Shown: one piece after another, positions 25,401-37,980 of the stretch
Numbering within the stretch: position 1 is the stretch's first letter
How the letters are laid out: the number at the start of each line of letters is the position of its first letter
Source: Lingula anatina
Taxonomy: Eukaryota; Animalia; Brachiopoda
Direction of reading: 5' to 3'
Length of the DNA: 64,000 nucleotides
Assembly (NCBI GenBank): GCA_051362555.1
Contig: CM120640.1
Coordinates: forward strand, 19,282,001-19,346,000
Position numbers and translations under genes: made by a program
Notes under the pieces: generated by a model
What the model saw: only the letters and a program-made list of their open reading frames with translations
Told to the model about the DNA's origin: nothing
The model's database searches: none

Positions 25401-28400
25401 CATTTCAATGAAAACCGATAGGCCTGTTGTCATGAAACTCACAGGAAAAATTGATCTTACTAAAACGCAGGTCAAGTTCGAAAATTGGCATGATCGGGCC
25501 ACTATTTTAGTAGTTATGCTTTTTTTTCTTTTTTCAGCATATATATATGCAACACTGTAAACACAATATAAGAAAAACAGATAGGCCAATTGTCATTAAA
25601 CTCACAGGAGTGGTCAATCCTGCTAAAACGCAAGTCAAGTTCAAAAATCAGCATAATCAGGCCATTATTTTAGAAGTTATGCTGTTTTTTACATTTCCTT
25701 AGATTCAATTCTTAGGCATGTTAACAGTTTCATTATTTAATTAATAAGATATGTAAAAGTGTTTTTTTGACATTTCCTGCATCTTTACTACATTGTTAGT
25801 TGATTTTGTAAAAATGATGTTAAACTTGTTATTGTGTATTGTGTAATAAAGTTTCAAAAATGGAAATAAACTCATATCATTGCAGTTTGTCAGATTGAAT
25901 CATTCACTATGTTCAGAATCTCAGAATGGAGGAAATTGGACATTTGACACTATTCTATTGATATTTTTCCCATCTCATCAATTTTCTTAGTTGATCATAT
26001 AAAAATGGCAGTTAACTGTTAATTTTGTTCTATGTTAAAAATTGTTAAAAATGGAAATAAACCCATTTCAGAACTGTGCTGTCTTGTTTTACTTGCCCTT
26101 TCTCTGCCTCAACTTGCCCATTATTAACGAAAAATTTTGAACCACTGGATATGCAAATTTTTATCATTACATTTTACTGATGTATAAAAAAATCAATTGT
26201 GTTAATTTTGTCATCTTTGAGTTATTTATTTTTTTCTAAATCCATGAACAAGTGGATTGGCAATCCTGACAGTGGTACCTGACACAATGAGTCTGACAGG
26301 TTAATTTTCAAATTCGGGCCTCCTTGACCTCTGTGACGACAGGTGCAGAGCCCTGTTTGCGTTGAATTCCTCTAATGATGGCCCTTGAATAGAAACATTC
26401 TCCTGCACTAGCTTAAATTTAATTTATGTATTGACTTGCAGTGGATGCGGTGGGAACTATATAGGACAAAACGGAGACACTCTCCGACATAGAATGACTA
26501 TTCACAGATTTTAGACTTCAAATAGGTTCATTATCATCATCATCATTATTATTATTATGTACAGACACAGATGTGTCTGTACATATTGCCATCACCTGCG
26601 TCTGTCGTCGCCGTCGCCGATGGCGATGCCAATGGCGATGCCGATGCCGTCGCCGGCGCCGTGCACTTTCCTTGTAAACACGATAAGTGGAGGGCAGTTT
26701 TACTTTTTGTCTTAATATTTACAGAGCTGATGAATATTCATAAAACGCAGGTCAAGTTCGAAAATCAGCATGATCGGGCCATTATTGTAGAAGTTATGCT
26801 GTTTTTTCACTTTTCAGCATATATGCAACCCTGTAAACACATTTTAAGGAAAACCATTAGACCTTTTGTCATGAAACTCACAGGAGTAATCAATCTTATT
26901 AAAACGCAGGTCAAGTTCGAAAATCGGCATGATCGGGCCACTATTTTAGTAGTTATGCTGTTTTTTTCATTTTTCAGCATATATGCAACACTGTAAACAC
27001 AATATAAGAAAAACAGATAGGCCAATTGTCATTAAACTCACAGGAATGGTCAATCTTACTAAAACGCAGGCTGAGTTCGAAAATCAGCATAATCGAGGCA
27101 TTATTTTAGAAGTTATGTTGTTTTTTCACATTTCCTCAGATTTAATTCTTAGGCATGTTAACAGTCTCATTATTGAACTAATAAGATACGTAAAAGTGTT
27201 TGTTTGATATTTCCTGCATCTTTACAACATTGTTAGTTGATCATGTGAAAATGATGGTAAACTTGTTATAGTGTATTATGTAATAAAGTGTCAAAAATGG
27301 AAATAAATTCATATCATTGCAGTTTGTCAGATTCAATCATCCACTATGTTCAGAATCTCAGAATGGAGGAAATTGGACATTTAACATTATTCTATTGATA
27401 CTTTTCCCATCTCATCAATTTTCTTAGTTGATCATATAAAAATGGCATTAAACTGTTTATTTTGTTTTATGTTTAAAAAGTGTTAAAATTGGAAATAAAC
27501 CCATGTCAGAACAGTGCTGTCTTGTTTCACATTTCCTCATATTCAATTCTTAGGCATGTTAACAGTCTCATTATTTAACTAATAAGACATGTTAAAGTGT
27601 TTGGTTGACATTTCCTGCATCTTTACAACATTATTAGTTGATTATGTAAAACTGATGGTAAACTTGTTATCGTGTATTGTGTAATAAAGATTCAAAAATG
27701 GAAAAAAACTCATATCATTGCAGTTTGTCAGATTCAATCATTCACTATGTTCAGAATCTCAGAATGGAGGAAATTGGACATTTAACACTGCTCTATTGAT
27801 ATTTTTCCCATCTCATCAATTTTCTTAGTTGATGATATAAAAATGGCAGTAACCTGTTAATTTTGTTTTATGTTTAAAAAAATTGTTAAAAATGGAGAAA
27901 AAAAACATTTCAGAACAGTGCTCTCTTGTTTACATTTTGGCATTTTCAAGTTGTGACTTTGAAGTTCCATGGGCCTGAAGATCTTTGCTAGTCACATTTT
28001 CTGAATATCCATGATACTAATATTTTATTATTAAAATTGATGGTCATTATGCTGTTAAACATTATGTAATATTGCATCAAAATTAAAAAAAAAACTATTT
28101 TGGGCACTGCTCCCATGATGACAATTTAAGAAAAATAATGTCACTTACTGTTCTCAAACAGTACAGTAAATATGTACAAATGTGTCTGTACATATTGCCA
28201 TCACCTGCATCTGCCGTCGTCGCCGTCACTGTCACTGATGCCGGTGACGTGCACTTTCAGTGTAAACACAATAAGTGGAAGACAGTTTTACTTTTTGGCT
28301 GTATATTTACAGAGCTGATGAATATTCATAAAACGCAGGTCAAGTTTAAAAATCAGCATGATCGAGCCATTTTTGTAGAAGTTATGCTGTTTTTTCACTT

Positions 28401-31400
28401 TTCAGCATATATGCAACACTGTAAACACATTTCAAGGAAAACTGAAAGGCCTGTTGTCATGAAACTCACAGGAGTAATCAATCTTATTATAACGCAGGTC
28501 AAGTTCGAAAATCGGCATGATCGGGCCACTTTTTGAGTAGTTATGCTTTTTTTTCACTTTTCAGCATATGTGCAACACTGTAAACACAATATAAGAAAAA
28601 CAGATAGGCCAATTGTCATTAAACTCACAGGAGTGGTCATTCCTGCTAAGACACAGGTTGAGTTAAAAAAATCAGCATAATCGGACCATTAAAGAAATGA
28701 CGTTTTTTCACATTTCCTCAGATTTAATTCTTAGGCATGTTAACAGTTTCATTATTTAATTAATAAGATACGTAAAAGTGTTTGTTTGGCATTTCCTGCA
28801 TCTTTACAACATTATTAGTTGATTATGTAAAAATGATGGTAAACTTGTTATAGTGTATTGTGTAATAAACTTTCAAAAATGGAAATAAACTCCTTTCATT
28901 GCAGTTTGTCAGATTCAATCATTGAAATTTGATGTTGAATTTGCAGTTTAACATAATGTACTTTGCATCAGAATTGACAGTAGCCTATTTTGTGCATAGT
29001 TATTTCCTGTTTTTTGTCTGTACATTTGACAGCTTTGCTGCCTTGTTTCACTTTTCAGCATATATGCAACCCTGTAAACACATTTTAAGGAACACCGTTA
29101 GGCCTGTTGTCATGAAACTCACAGGAGTAATCAATCTTACTAAAACGCAGGTCAAGTTCGAAAATCGGCATGATCGGGCCATTACTTTAGAAGTTATGCT
29201 GTTTTTTCACATTTCCTCAGATTCAATTCTTAGGCATGTTAACAGTCTTATTATTTTACTAATAAGATACATAAAAGTGTTTGTTTGACATTTCCTGAAT
29301 CTTTACAACATTGTTAGTTGATTATGTAAAAATGATGGTAAACTTGTTATCGTGTATTGTGTAATAAAGTGTCAAAAATGGAAATAAACTCATATCATTG
29401 CAGTTTGTCAGATGCAATCATTCACTATGTTCAGAATCTCAGGATGGAGGAAATTGGACATTTAACACTGTTGTATTGATATTTTTCCCATCTCATCAAT
29501 TTTCTTAGTTGATCGTATAAAAATGGCAGTAACATGTTAATTTTGTTTATGTTAAAAAAATTGTTAAAAATGGAAAAAAAACATTTCAGAACAGTGCTGT
29601 CTTGTTTACATTTTGGCATTTTCAAGTTGTGACTTTGAAGTTCCATGGGCCTGAAGACCTTTGCTAGTCACATTTTCTGAATATCCATGATACTAATATT
29701 TTATTATTAAAAATTGATGGTCATTAAGCTGTTTAACATTATGTAATATTGCATCAAAATTTGAAAAAAACTTATTTTGGGCACTGCTCCCATGATGACC
29801 ATTTAAGAAAAACCATGTCACTTACTGTTCTCAAACAGTACAGTAAATATGTACAGATGTGTCTGTACATATTGCCATCACCTGCGTCTGTCGTGGCTGG
29901 CGTTGCCATCACTGTCACTGTCGCCGTGCACTTTCATTGTAAATGCGATAAGTGGAAGGCAGTTTTACTTTTTGGCTGTATATTTACAGAGCTGATGAAT
30001 ATCCATAAAACGCAGGTCAAGTCCGAAAATCAGCATGATCGGGCCATTATTGTAGAACTTATGCTGTTTTTTCACTTTTCAGCATATATGCAACACTGTA
30101 AACACATTTCAAGGAAAACCGTTAGGCCTGTTGTCATGAAACTCATAGGAGTAATCAATCTTACTATAACGCAGGTCAAGTTAGAAAATAGGCATGATCG
30201 GGCCACTATTTTAGTTATGCTTTTTTTTCACTTTTCAGCATATATGCAACACTGTAAACACAAAATAAGAAAAACAGATAGGCCAATTGTCAGTAAACTC
30301 ACAGGAGTGGTCATTCCTGCTAAAACGCAGGTTGAGTTTAAAAATCAGCTTAATTGGGCCATTATTTTGAAGAAATGCTGTTTTTTCACATTTCCTCAGA
30401 TTTAATTCTTAGGCATGTTAACATGCATGTTTCATTATTTAATTAGTAAGATACGTAAAAGTGTTTGTTTGGCATTTCCTGCATCTTTACAACATTATTA
30501 GTTGATTATGTAAAAATGATGGTAAACTTGTTATCGTGTATTGTGTAATAAAGTTTCAAAAAATGGAAATAAACTCATATCATTGCAGTTTGTCAGATTC
30601 AATCATTGACATTCACTATGTTCAGAATCTCAGAATGGAAGAAATTGGACATTTAACACTGCTCTATTGATATTTTTCCCATCTCATCAATTTTCTTAGT
30701 TGATCATATAAAAACGGCAGTAAACTGTTAATTTTGTTTTATGTTAAAAATTGTTAAAAATGGAAAAAAAAATTTCAGAACAGTGTTGTCTTGTTTACAT
30801 TTTGGCATTTTCAAGTTGTGACTTTGAAGTTCCATGGGCCTGAAGACCTTTGCTAGTAACATTTTCTGAATATCCATAATACTCATCATTATGCTGTTAA
30901 ACATTATGTAATATTGCATCAAAATTTGAAAAAAAAACTATTTTGGGCACTGCCCCCATGATGACCATTTAAGAAAAACCATGTCACTTACTGTTCTCAA
31001 ACTTACAGGAAAGAAACATGGGACTAAAATACAGCTTCAGTAGGCAATGCAGTCTGTTTGGTAATTCTTACTGCCAGTTAAACAGTTTTTTTGTGAAAAT
31101 TTAATTTTTCACATATTGGCATTTTCAAGGTGTAACTTTGAAGTTCCATGGGCTTGAAGACCCATGCTAGTCACATTTTCTGAAAATCCATGTATATTTT
31201 ATTATTAAAAATTGACGGTCATTATGCTGTTAACCATTATGTAATATTGCATCAGAATAGAAGAAAACACAATTTTGGGTGCTGCTTGAGCATAATTAAA
31301 ATTTGATGTTGAATTTGCAGTTTAACATAATGTACTTTTGCATCAGAATTGACAGTAGCCTATTTTGTGCATAGTTATTTCCTGTTTTTTGTCTGTACAT

Positions 31401-34400
31401 TTGACAGCTTTGCTGCCTTGTTGAAAATATGACCAGGTAATCACTTTTACTTTATGTCACTGATATCATATACATGGGTAAATTCAATACCGTATGTAGT
31501 AAAAACAAAAAAAAAAAAAACAGATTATCCTTAGAACATGCCTGTTTTACAGTATGTTTTATCTTGTATATTAAATACTATGTTTTCTTTTTTAGGTCCT
31601 ATGGTCTATGGTACCTGCTACAGTCCAATTTCACTTAAAGATCAGCTGAAAGAGATGGGTTTTGCGGGTAGGTTTTATTGAACTGCTTTACAGTTCATCA
31701 GTGGATTCATATTTATGGGCAAAACGGCATGAAATTGATGTTTTGACCATAGCATTTAGCCTAATAAATAGCATTTTTGGTTTCTGAAGAATATTTTTAT
31801 TGACCTTTGAGCTAAATGGAATAATTTTATTTAATATTGTCAGTATTAACCGTCAACTGTTATTTTTTTCAGATTCTAAAGTGTTAAATGAAGAACAAAG
31901 AGAAAAATTTTTTGAAAAGATAAAAGATTCAACTGATGTCCTTGGATGGATGATAGAAATTTTATCACCAAACTTTATTTCTAATAGCATGCTACGAAGG
32001 TAATGGATGTAACTAGTATTGATAACAAATGGTACTTGAATCTAATTACAACGCATCCTTCAAATTGACATTTGTGTAATCAGCTTAGTTTTATTTTGTC
32101 GTTTTTAATTGTAAACTTTGTATTTTGTCAGTATATTGTTTACTCAAGTCCCTTGATTATAATTACATGTATTCGTACTTGGATTTTAACATGTACAGTC
32201 AAATGAAAATCAATAACTTAAAGATTCATAAAATGAAAATGACTTTAAGACTGAAATTTTAGAACATTTATGAAGTCATTGATAAGATTGGGCATTGACA
32301 GTGTATCTGGTTATTTTATTATATATATATAATTAGTGTAATTTATTTCAGGTCAAAGTATAATCTTAATGCCCTATCACATGATTGTGCTATAGGTTTA
32401 ATACAAAAAGTCCTTGACAAAGGTGCAAATTTAAAAGAGGTATGTTTTCTTTTTTGCAAATCAGTACATTTCTATAGAGCCATAGATATATCATAAAATG
32501 AAAATAACTATATGTATTACACTGCGATATTCTGTTCTTTCACTTCGTAACTCCTGACTTAGCCTTACCATTTCATTTTGAGCAGAAATGACGCCAGACT
32601 TGTCAGAAGGATTTCATGTTAATGGTTAGATGATCACATTGAAAGTTATGAAATTTCAAATTTTTTTTTCAAATATTACCAATATTTATTTACTTGTGTA
32701 TTCAGTTATATAAATATAATCATTCATTCTTTTCAGGTATATGTTGACACAGTAGGTGACCCAGCAAAGTATCAAGCAAAACTGAAAGGCATCTTTCCAG
32801 ATCTGGACATAACAGTAGCCAAGAAAGCCGACTCCATTTATCCAATAGTTAGTGCTGCAAGTATATGTGCGAAGGTAAACAAGACTAGACTGGTCTATTA
32901 CAATTCTCTTCTCTATACTACTCTGCAAAAAAAGTTAAAGATAAGTAATTTGTGCATCAGATATGTGACCTACAGCTTCAGATGCAATGTGTATCTCCGT
33001 CTTCATTTCAGTTCAATTCTCCATTTTTTGTGTTACACATATGATATAATTGGGCATATGTGGAAATTTGAAAATGAAGAAGCTAGCCCACTTTGAAATT
33101 AAAACTTGGGTAACAATTAGGTGGGATAGCACATATGTTGGTTAGTTTGAGATATAATTTGAAGGATTCAATAAACTCTAATGGGGAATTTTGACCTCAT
33201 TAAAATTATCATATCATATAATATCATTTGTAATGCCTCTGCATTAACATGATGCAATTCTGGAATGTTATATAGGTAGCTCGTGATAATGCAGTCAAGA
33301 ACTGGACTTTTAAAGAGGGGATTACAGTGGAAAACTTTGGGTCTGGCTATCCTGGGGGTAAGTGATTCTTTTAAGTGCAGAGAAATACAGTTTTGAGATA
33401 CACTTTGTAAATATGATTTATATTATTTCTTTAATACATGCCTTTATTTTGCTTTATGCAAATTAAAATGTAAATTTAACATTTGTGTAATCTTTTGTCC
33501 AATTTTTTTCAGACCCAGCAACAAAGAAATTCCTTACTGATTATCTTGACCCCGTGTTTGGATTTCCTCAGTTTGTGCGTTTTAGTTGGTCGACTGCAGA
33601 CCTTTTGTTGCAGAAAAATGCTGTCTCTGTGAAATGGTAGGTGACTTAAAGGCACATAATGAGCAGTGAAACTTTATATTGCAAAAATTGATTTTTTGGA
33701 AATTCAACACTTAACCCTTGATTACCGAGCTTGATCTTATCTAGAACTGTGCACAGAATTACTCTCCATGAATTGTGAATTTCACTTTTGATGGTAAAAA
33801 TTAGACATTTAGAACTTAAAAACTAGTGTACAGTAAGTAATTTACTTAGTGCTTTTGGATAACATTTACCTTGGTGCTGAAGTTATATTTGCTTATTTCT
33901 CCGAGAAAAGTTTTGACATTTAAGTTTCTCACTGTATTTTATGCATTCAAACATTCTAAACAACTGGTATTGCATTCATATTTCAAGTGTTTAAGTGCTG
34001 AACTTTTTGGCATAAAAATTTTCATTATATGTAGATATTGTTTTAGGCAAAAAGAAAAGATAATTTAGATGCACATTCAATGTGTTTGTTTGTTAAAAAC
34101 CTAGGTCCAGAAGAGGCATTAGTTAGCAAACTACTAGATGGTTTTTAAGTAGAAAACTTAACATGGACCATATTTTGGTCAGATCAAATAGTGAAGTGGA
34201 AGAACCCAGAATACAGTACAACTGACACAATCTTGCTTTTGATTTTTCATTGCCAATTTTACACTGTAAAGTTTATTTGGGGGATGTATCCTTTTACCAT
34301 TCATTTCATAAACTGCTGAATCAACAGGAACTTATTTTTCATGACATTTTGTCTATACTGTAAATATCTCAATTTATTTCATTGCAGGGAAGATGACGAT

Positions 34401-34553
34401 GATGATGACCAAAATGATAAGAAAAGAAAAAAAGATTCAGCTGGAACACATTCTCTTTTCACATTTTATAAAAGTGAAGAGACAGGAAACAAGAGATCAA
34501 AAAAACATTCCTTTTTTGATGAAAGATGCTTGAAAAATATGACACATTTTTAG
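22428..34553 (+). CDS. RNASEH2A: Ribonuclease H2 catalytic subunit A
   Basis: Exons 22428-22554, 31596-31667, 31873-31999, 32352-32439, 32737-32874, 33276-33357, 33513-33636 and 34388-34553, all GT-AG and in phase. Motifs [65 protein letters not shown] and [14 protein letters not shown] at 34727. Confidence 0.98.
22988..23271. mobile_element. MITE with 12-bp TIR CCCGCACGAAAA and internal GCAGTAG/GAAGCA repeats
   Basis: CCCGCACGAAAA...TTTTCGTGCGGG, with many (T)GCAGTAG motifs and their inverse CTACTGC inside. Confidence 0.75.
23422..23653. mobile_element. Palindromic MITE, family A, copy 3 (best-preserved hairpin)
   Basis: TCTAACAGGATCGGCCCATCTCCA/TGGAGATGGACCGATCCTGTTAGA and CTTAAGTGGCTTAGATGTCTGGCA/TGCCAGATATCTAAGCCACTTAAG. 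Ends in TGGGAACCCAGTCT. Confidence 0.8.
26090..26390 (-). pseudogene. 3' end fragment of a hAT (ZNF862-type) transposase with subterminal GGGCAAGT repeats
   Basis: 26390-26301 translates [29 protein letters not shown], matching the recalled hAT C-terminal pattern GPxxxxFxxxxAxxxWxxxxRRP. ACTTGCCC occurs at 26091 and 26112. Confidence 0.6.
26392..26511 (+). pseudogene. Penelope-like retroelement GIY-YIG endonuclease fragment
   Basis: Translates [40 protein letters not shown], matching the IY..CxxC..YIGQ..LRxRxxxH signature of Penelope-like endonucleases. Confidence 0.8.
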
Positions 34554-34829
34554 TCTTTTTTTTTGTGAGTGTCCCCTTGAGAGACCTAATATTTCAAATT
34601 AAAAAGGTGACATAAACTGGAAGATAGCTGCTATATGAGATCATTGAAATGCCTCTTATGAATAATGTTTATAAAGTGTCCTTTTTGCTTCAGAATGTGG
34701 GATTTATCAAATGTGTGAAATGTTGAAATAAACGTTTTGTAAAATGTTATGTACATGCTATGTAACATGTCTTCAATTTAGTGAAAAAACATGGAAAAAT
34801 TCACTATGTTTTTGGCTCGTACCACCAGC

Positions 34830-35620
34830 CCAATGCTGGCAGTACACCTGGCTACGCAGCTGCTTGCAGCACCTTCCAACCACGTGGCATATCCTTTTAC
34901 AAGTTTCTCAAATTTGGATGGGGATATCATTCCACACAGTGATAATTGTCTGTCATAGTTCATCATGATTTACGGCTAATGATAGTAGCTATGAATTCTG
35001 TGAGTGACTTTCGCCCACAGATCTTCAGTTGGGTTCAAATCTGGGGAGTTTGCAGGCCAAGGCAGTTGCTGGACCCCTTGGTTTTGAAGAAAAACAGTGG
35101 GTACGTTGTCATCTTGGTACTCAAAGTTGTTCCTGAAGGTGGTGAAGGGAAGCATTGTTTGCTGTAGAATGTCTCTGTAGGAATCCTGGTTCAGGTTGCC
35201 TTATAGAAAAAGTAACTGGCTCTTGGCACCAGAGATGCTACCACCTCCTGCTTGCACCCAAGGCAGTACACAAGCATTGTTTTATGCCTGTTGTACATGC
35301 TTGCAGGCATGGATTCGACTGCCATCCCTAAAAACTTCACATCTGTCCTCATCACTGAAAACGACATGATTCCAGTGGTTTGGCTACAAATGCACGTGGT
35401 CCAGTGCCCGTTGCCCACATTGCTGTATATGACCTGCAGTAAAGAGAGTTTTTTTTTACTGGTCTTTGTGCAAAATAACCAGTTGGCAATAGTCTCTTGT
35501 TTACGAGGGACCTTGAAACAGGTGTTTGAATGTTACTGCTTCGTAAAACCGGCCCCTGTATGTCATGTCTGCTGGAAAAGTGTTTCATTGTCCAGGTAGT
35601 CTGCAGTAGTAGTAGTCTAT
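34830..35620 (-). mobile_element. Degenerate Tc1-family transposase pseudogene
   Basis: Minus-strand frames give VSRSLVNKRLLPTGYFAQRPVKK, WNHVVFSDE, YRDILQQTMLP, YQDDNVP and WPANSPDLNPTEDLW, interrupted by stops and frameshifts. Confidence 0.85.
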
Positions 35621-37178
35621 TAGTTTTGTTGTACCACTTGAAAGGAGTGTCCTTATGTTAAAGAGTTATGATTAAAAAAGTGCAGAATCTGTAAAATCAC
35701 TAATTTTTCAAATTGAAAAAATAATCATTTGTTATTTTTGTTTGATATTGTATATAAGTAAAAAACTATTAATTATAATACAGTGTAGAGTCATTTAAAC
35801 ATGAGGTATCATTATCAGATGTCTTGTATAAGTGTACTCTATAAATTTATTAATTTATTTGGGTTTTAAAAACTAATTTTGCATTTTCACAAGTTGTGTG
35901 CTTTCTGATCAATTTCATTACACATGCAGTACTCCTTCTGTGACATCAAGAGAAAAACCACCACAGCAGAACAATTGTGAGCAGAACAATTAAAATTTTT
36001 ATTTTATTGATACCACCAAAAGGCATCACCAAATGATATCACAGATATTGTACTTTCAAATCTTAAAAATGATTAAGTATAATCTACTAAAAAAGAATTA
36101 AACAGTTTACATAAATGTACTCCAAAACTTAATCAGCATTTTGTTATATTGGATAAAGACTGCACTGTATTTTTAGATTTACAACAATGATACAAAATTT
36201 AATTGTAAAAAGCAAGATCCTGAATAACATGATTTTGCTCAGTACAATATAAAAAATAAACAGATCTTCGATTAAAAAAATTATTACAGACTAGAAGCTT
36301 TTTAGAGCTGTATTTAAACATGGCACACATCCTGTATTTCCTTAAAGAAGACTACAAAGAAAGACAATATTTACATGCCATAATGCAGGAATGTACAATT
36401 AAGTATTGTCTACCCCCCCACCCCCAGTATAAATCATATGGGATAAAATGTTTTAACCAACTGGATTCAATCCACTAGACTTTTAAGCACCACTGTCTGA
36501 ATGTTTTGTTTGAATTAGTAAGGAGCTCTTCTTGGTTGGTACTAACCAACCCTTCACTTCATCAAGAGAAAGAACAAAGATAAATTTACACATAGACGTG
36601 GAAATGTTCATGGAAAGAAAATATACATAATTCCCTTTTTCATGTTACTATTTAACTGACATTTCTCTGATTAATCAAGTTCTAATTAATGTCTAAACAT
36701 ATAAAATAAAATTCTGTTCCTTTTTCGTAAAAATAACATTTTGATTCGGGTGCAGTTTCTAACATCAAATGAATTGACAAGTTCAGAATGTTAAAGGTGG
36801 AGGGCAGCTCTTTTAAAACTCAATCCTTTGAAAGTTAAGTCAGAAACTGGAGAAATCTACAGTAAAATGCTTAAAAATCCATTAGTTCTTAATTTGTGAC
36901 ATGGAATACCTCTACATATATAAATATTCATTATCCAATATCCACTTGAGGGCATTAGTAAAGGGCATACAGTTTTTCCAAGCAGGGTCAAAACTGCAAG
37001 CATTGGGCAGGTACAAAATCTACTGTTAACAGACCAACTTTGACTTTGCCTTTCAGATTAAACTCCATACATTTCATAGCAGTAGCTACAATTCTAACAC
37101 ACACAACTCATTTTGAAATATTGGCATGACTAAATCTATATATAAAGGATTCAATATACAGTGTATCACAAGCGGAAT

Positions 37179-37847
37179 TTACACTTTTTCCATGTCTTCT
37201 TTTACATCTTCATCTAACGCCTGCAAAACCCAGGGGTACCACTTCCCTTCATCCCTTTGAGTAAGACCTTTGCTACACTTAACCTCCGTGTCCACTCCTG
37301 CCCTCTTCAATACACCAATCACAACCACTTTCTGTGACCTTGCTGCCTCATGCAGAGGGGTCTTTCCAGAAAAATCCTTTGCACCAGCATACTCAATGGG
37401 CCCAGAAGGGGCACTTGCAAGGAAGAGTTCCACTATGGGCGATGTGTCAAATACATAAGGAGACATGCATGCGCTGTGTATTGGATACCTTCCCTTGTTA
37501 TCAAAGGCATATAAATCAGCACCATGACTTAACAATAATTTAGCAGCATCTACCAAGTTATATCTGCCACAGACATGTAAGGGGGTCCAGCCAAGATCGA
37601 CAGCAGTGGAGTTGACATTTGCACCAGCCTTTAGGATTAGTTCCAAAATTTCCAAGTGGCCTTTATACAGAGCATAATGCAAGGCATTGCTGTACTTAGG
37701 CCAGAATGATAAACAGTTAGTCAGCTCAAACGGCTCTTCACAAAGATCCTTTGCATTTGTGCCTGCATAACTTAAAATGTTTTTCACTCTGGTGATATCA
37801 TTTTCATTAATGGCTTTTCTCAGTTGTTTGGAAGGTTCTTGACCCAT
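37179..37847 (-). CDS. Ankyrin-repeat protein (222 aa) with predicted N-myristoylation
   Basis: Repeats NALHYALYKGHLEILELILKAGANVN, GWTPLHVCGRYNLVDAAKLLLSHGADL, GRYPIHSAC and GKTPLHEAARSQ. Starts MGQEPSK. A splice acceptor (gttctctttacag) at ~37881 implies a non-coding 5' exon. Confidence 0.92.
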   Translation of the reverse strand: MGQEPSKQLRKAINENDITRVKNILSYAGTNAKDLCEEPFELTNCLSFWPKYSNALHYALYKGHLEILELILKAGANVNSTAVDLGWTPLHVCGRYNLVDAAKLLLSHGADLYAFDNKGRYPIHSACMSPYVFDTSPIVELFLASAPSGPIEYAGAKDFSGKTPLHEAARSQKVVVIGVLKRAGVDTEVKCSKGLTQRDEGKWYPWVLQALDEDVKEDMEKV

Positions 37848-37898
37848 AACATTTCAATCACGGAAGACAGATGTGACATGCTGTAAAGAGAACAAAAA

Positions 37899-37902
<4 letters not shown>

Positions 37903-37976
<74 letters not shown>
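37903..37976. repeat. (TA)n microsatellite
   Basis: Read directly from the sequence. Confidence 0.95.

Positions 37977-37980
<4 letters not shown>

Larger units (their letters stand above)
24013..31422 (+). mobile_element. Tandem array of a non-autonomous Helentron-associated element (HINE/DINE-1-like) in RNASEH2A intron 1
   Basis: Head is a T-run plus hairpin ATGTACAGACAC-AGAT-GTGTCTGTACAT (24018, 24256, ~26557; half-heads at ~25163, 28180, 29856). It is followed by a (GCCGAT/GCCGTC)n microsatellite and ~160-bp internal tandem repeats (AAAACGCAGGTCAAGTTCGAAAATC). The 3' end is subTIR TGTCTGTACAT plus a short hairpin GACAGCTTTGCTGCC and TT (~29016-29047, 31390-31422). Confidence 0.8.

Noticed and set aside
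24179-30922. Family of similar ORFs ([13 protein letters not shown]...[13 protein letters not shown]) resembling a tandem gene cluster or CRISPR-like array
   Set aside because: They are translations of the HINE repeat, with frames and stops that vary between copies. The inter-repeat sequences are homologous rather than unique spacers, and there are no cas genes.
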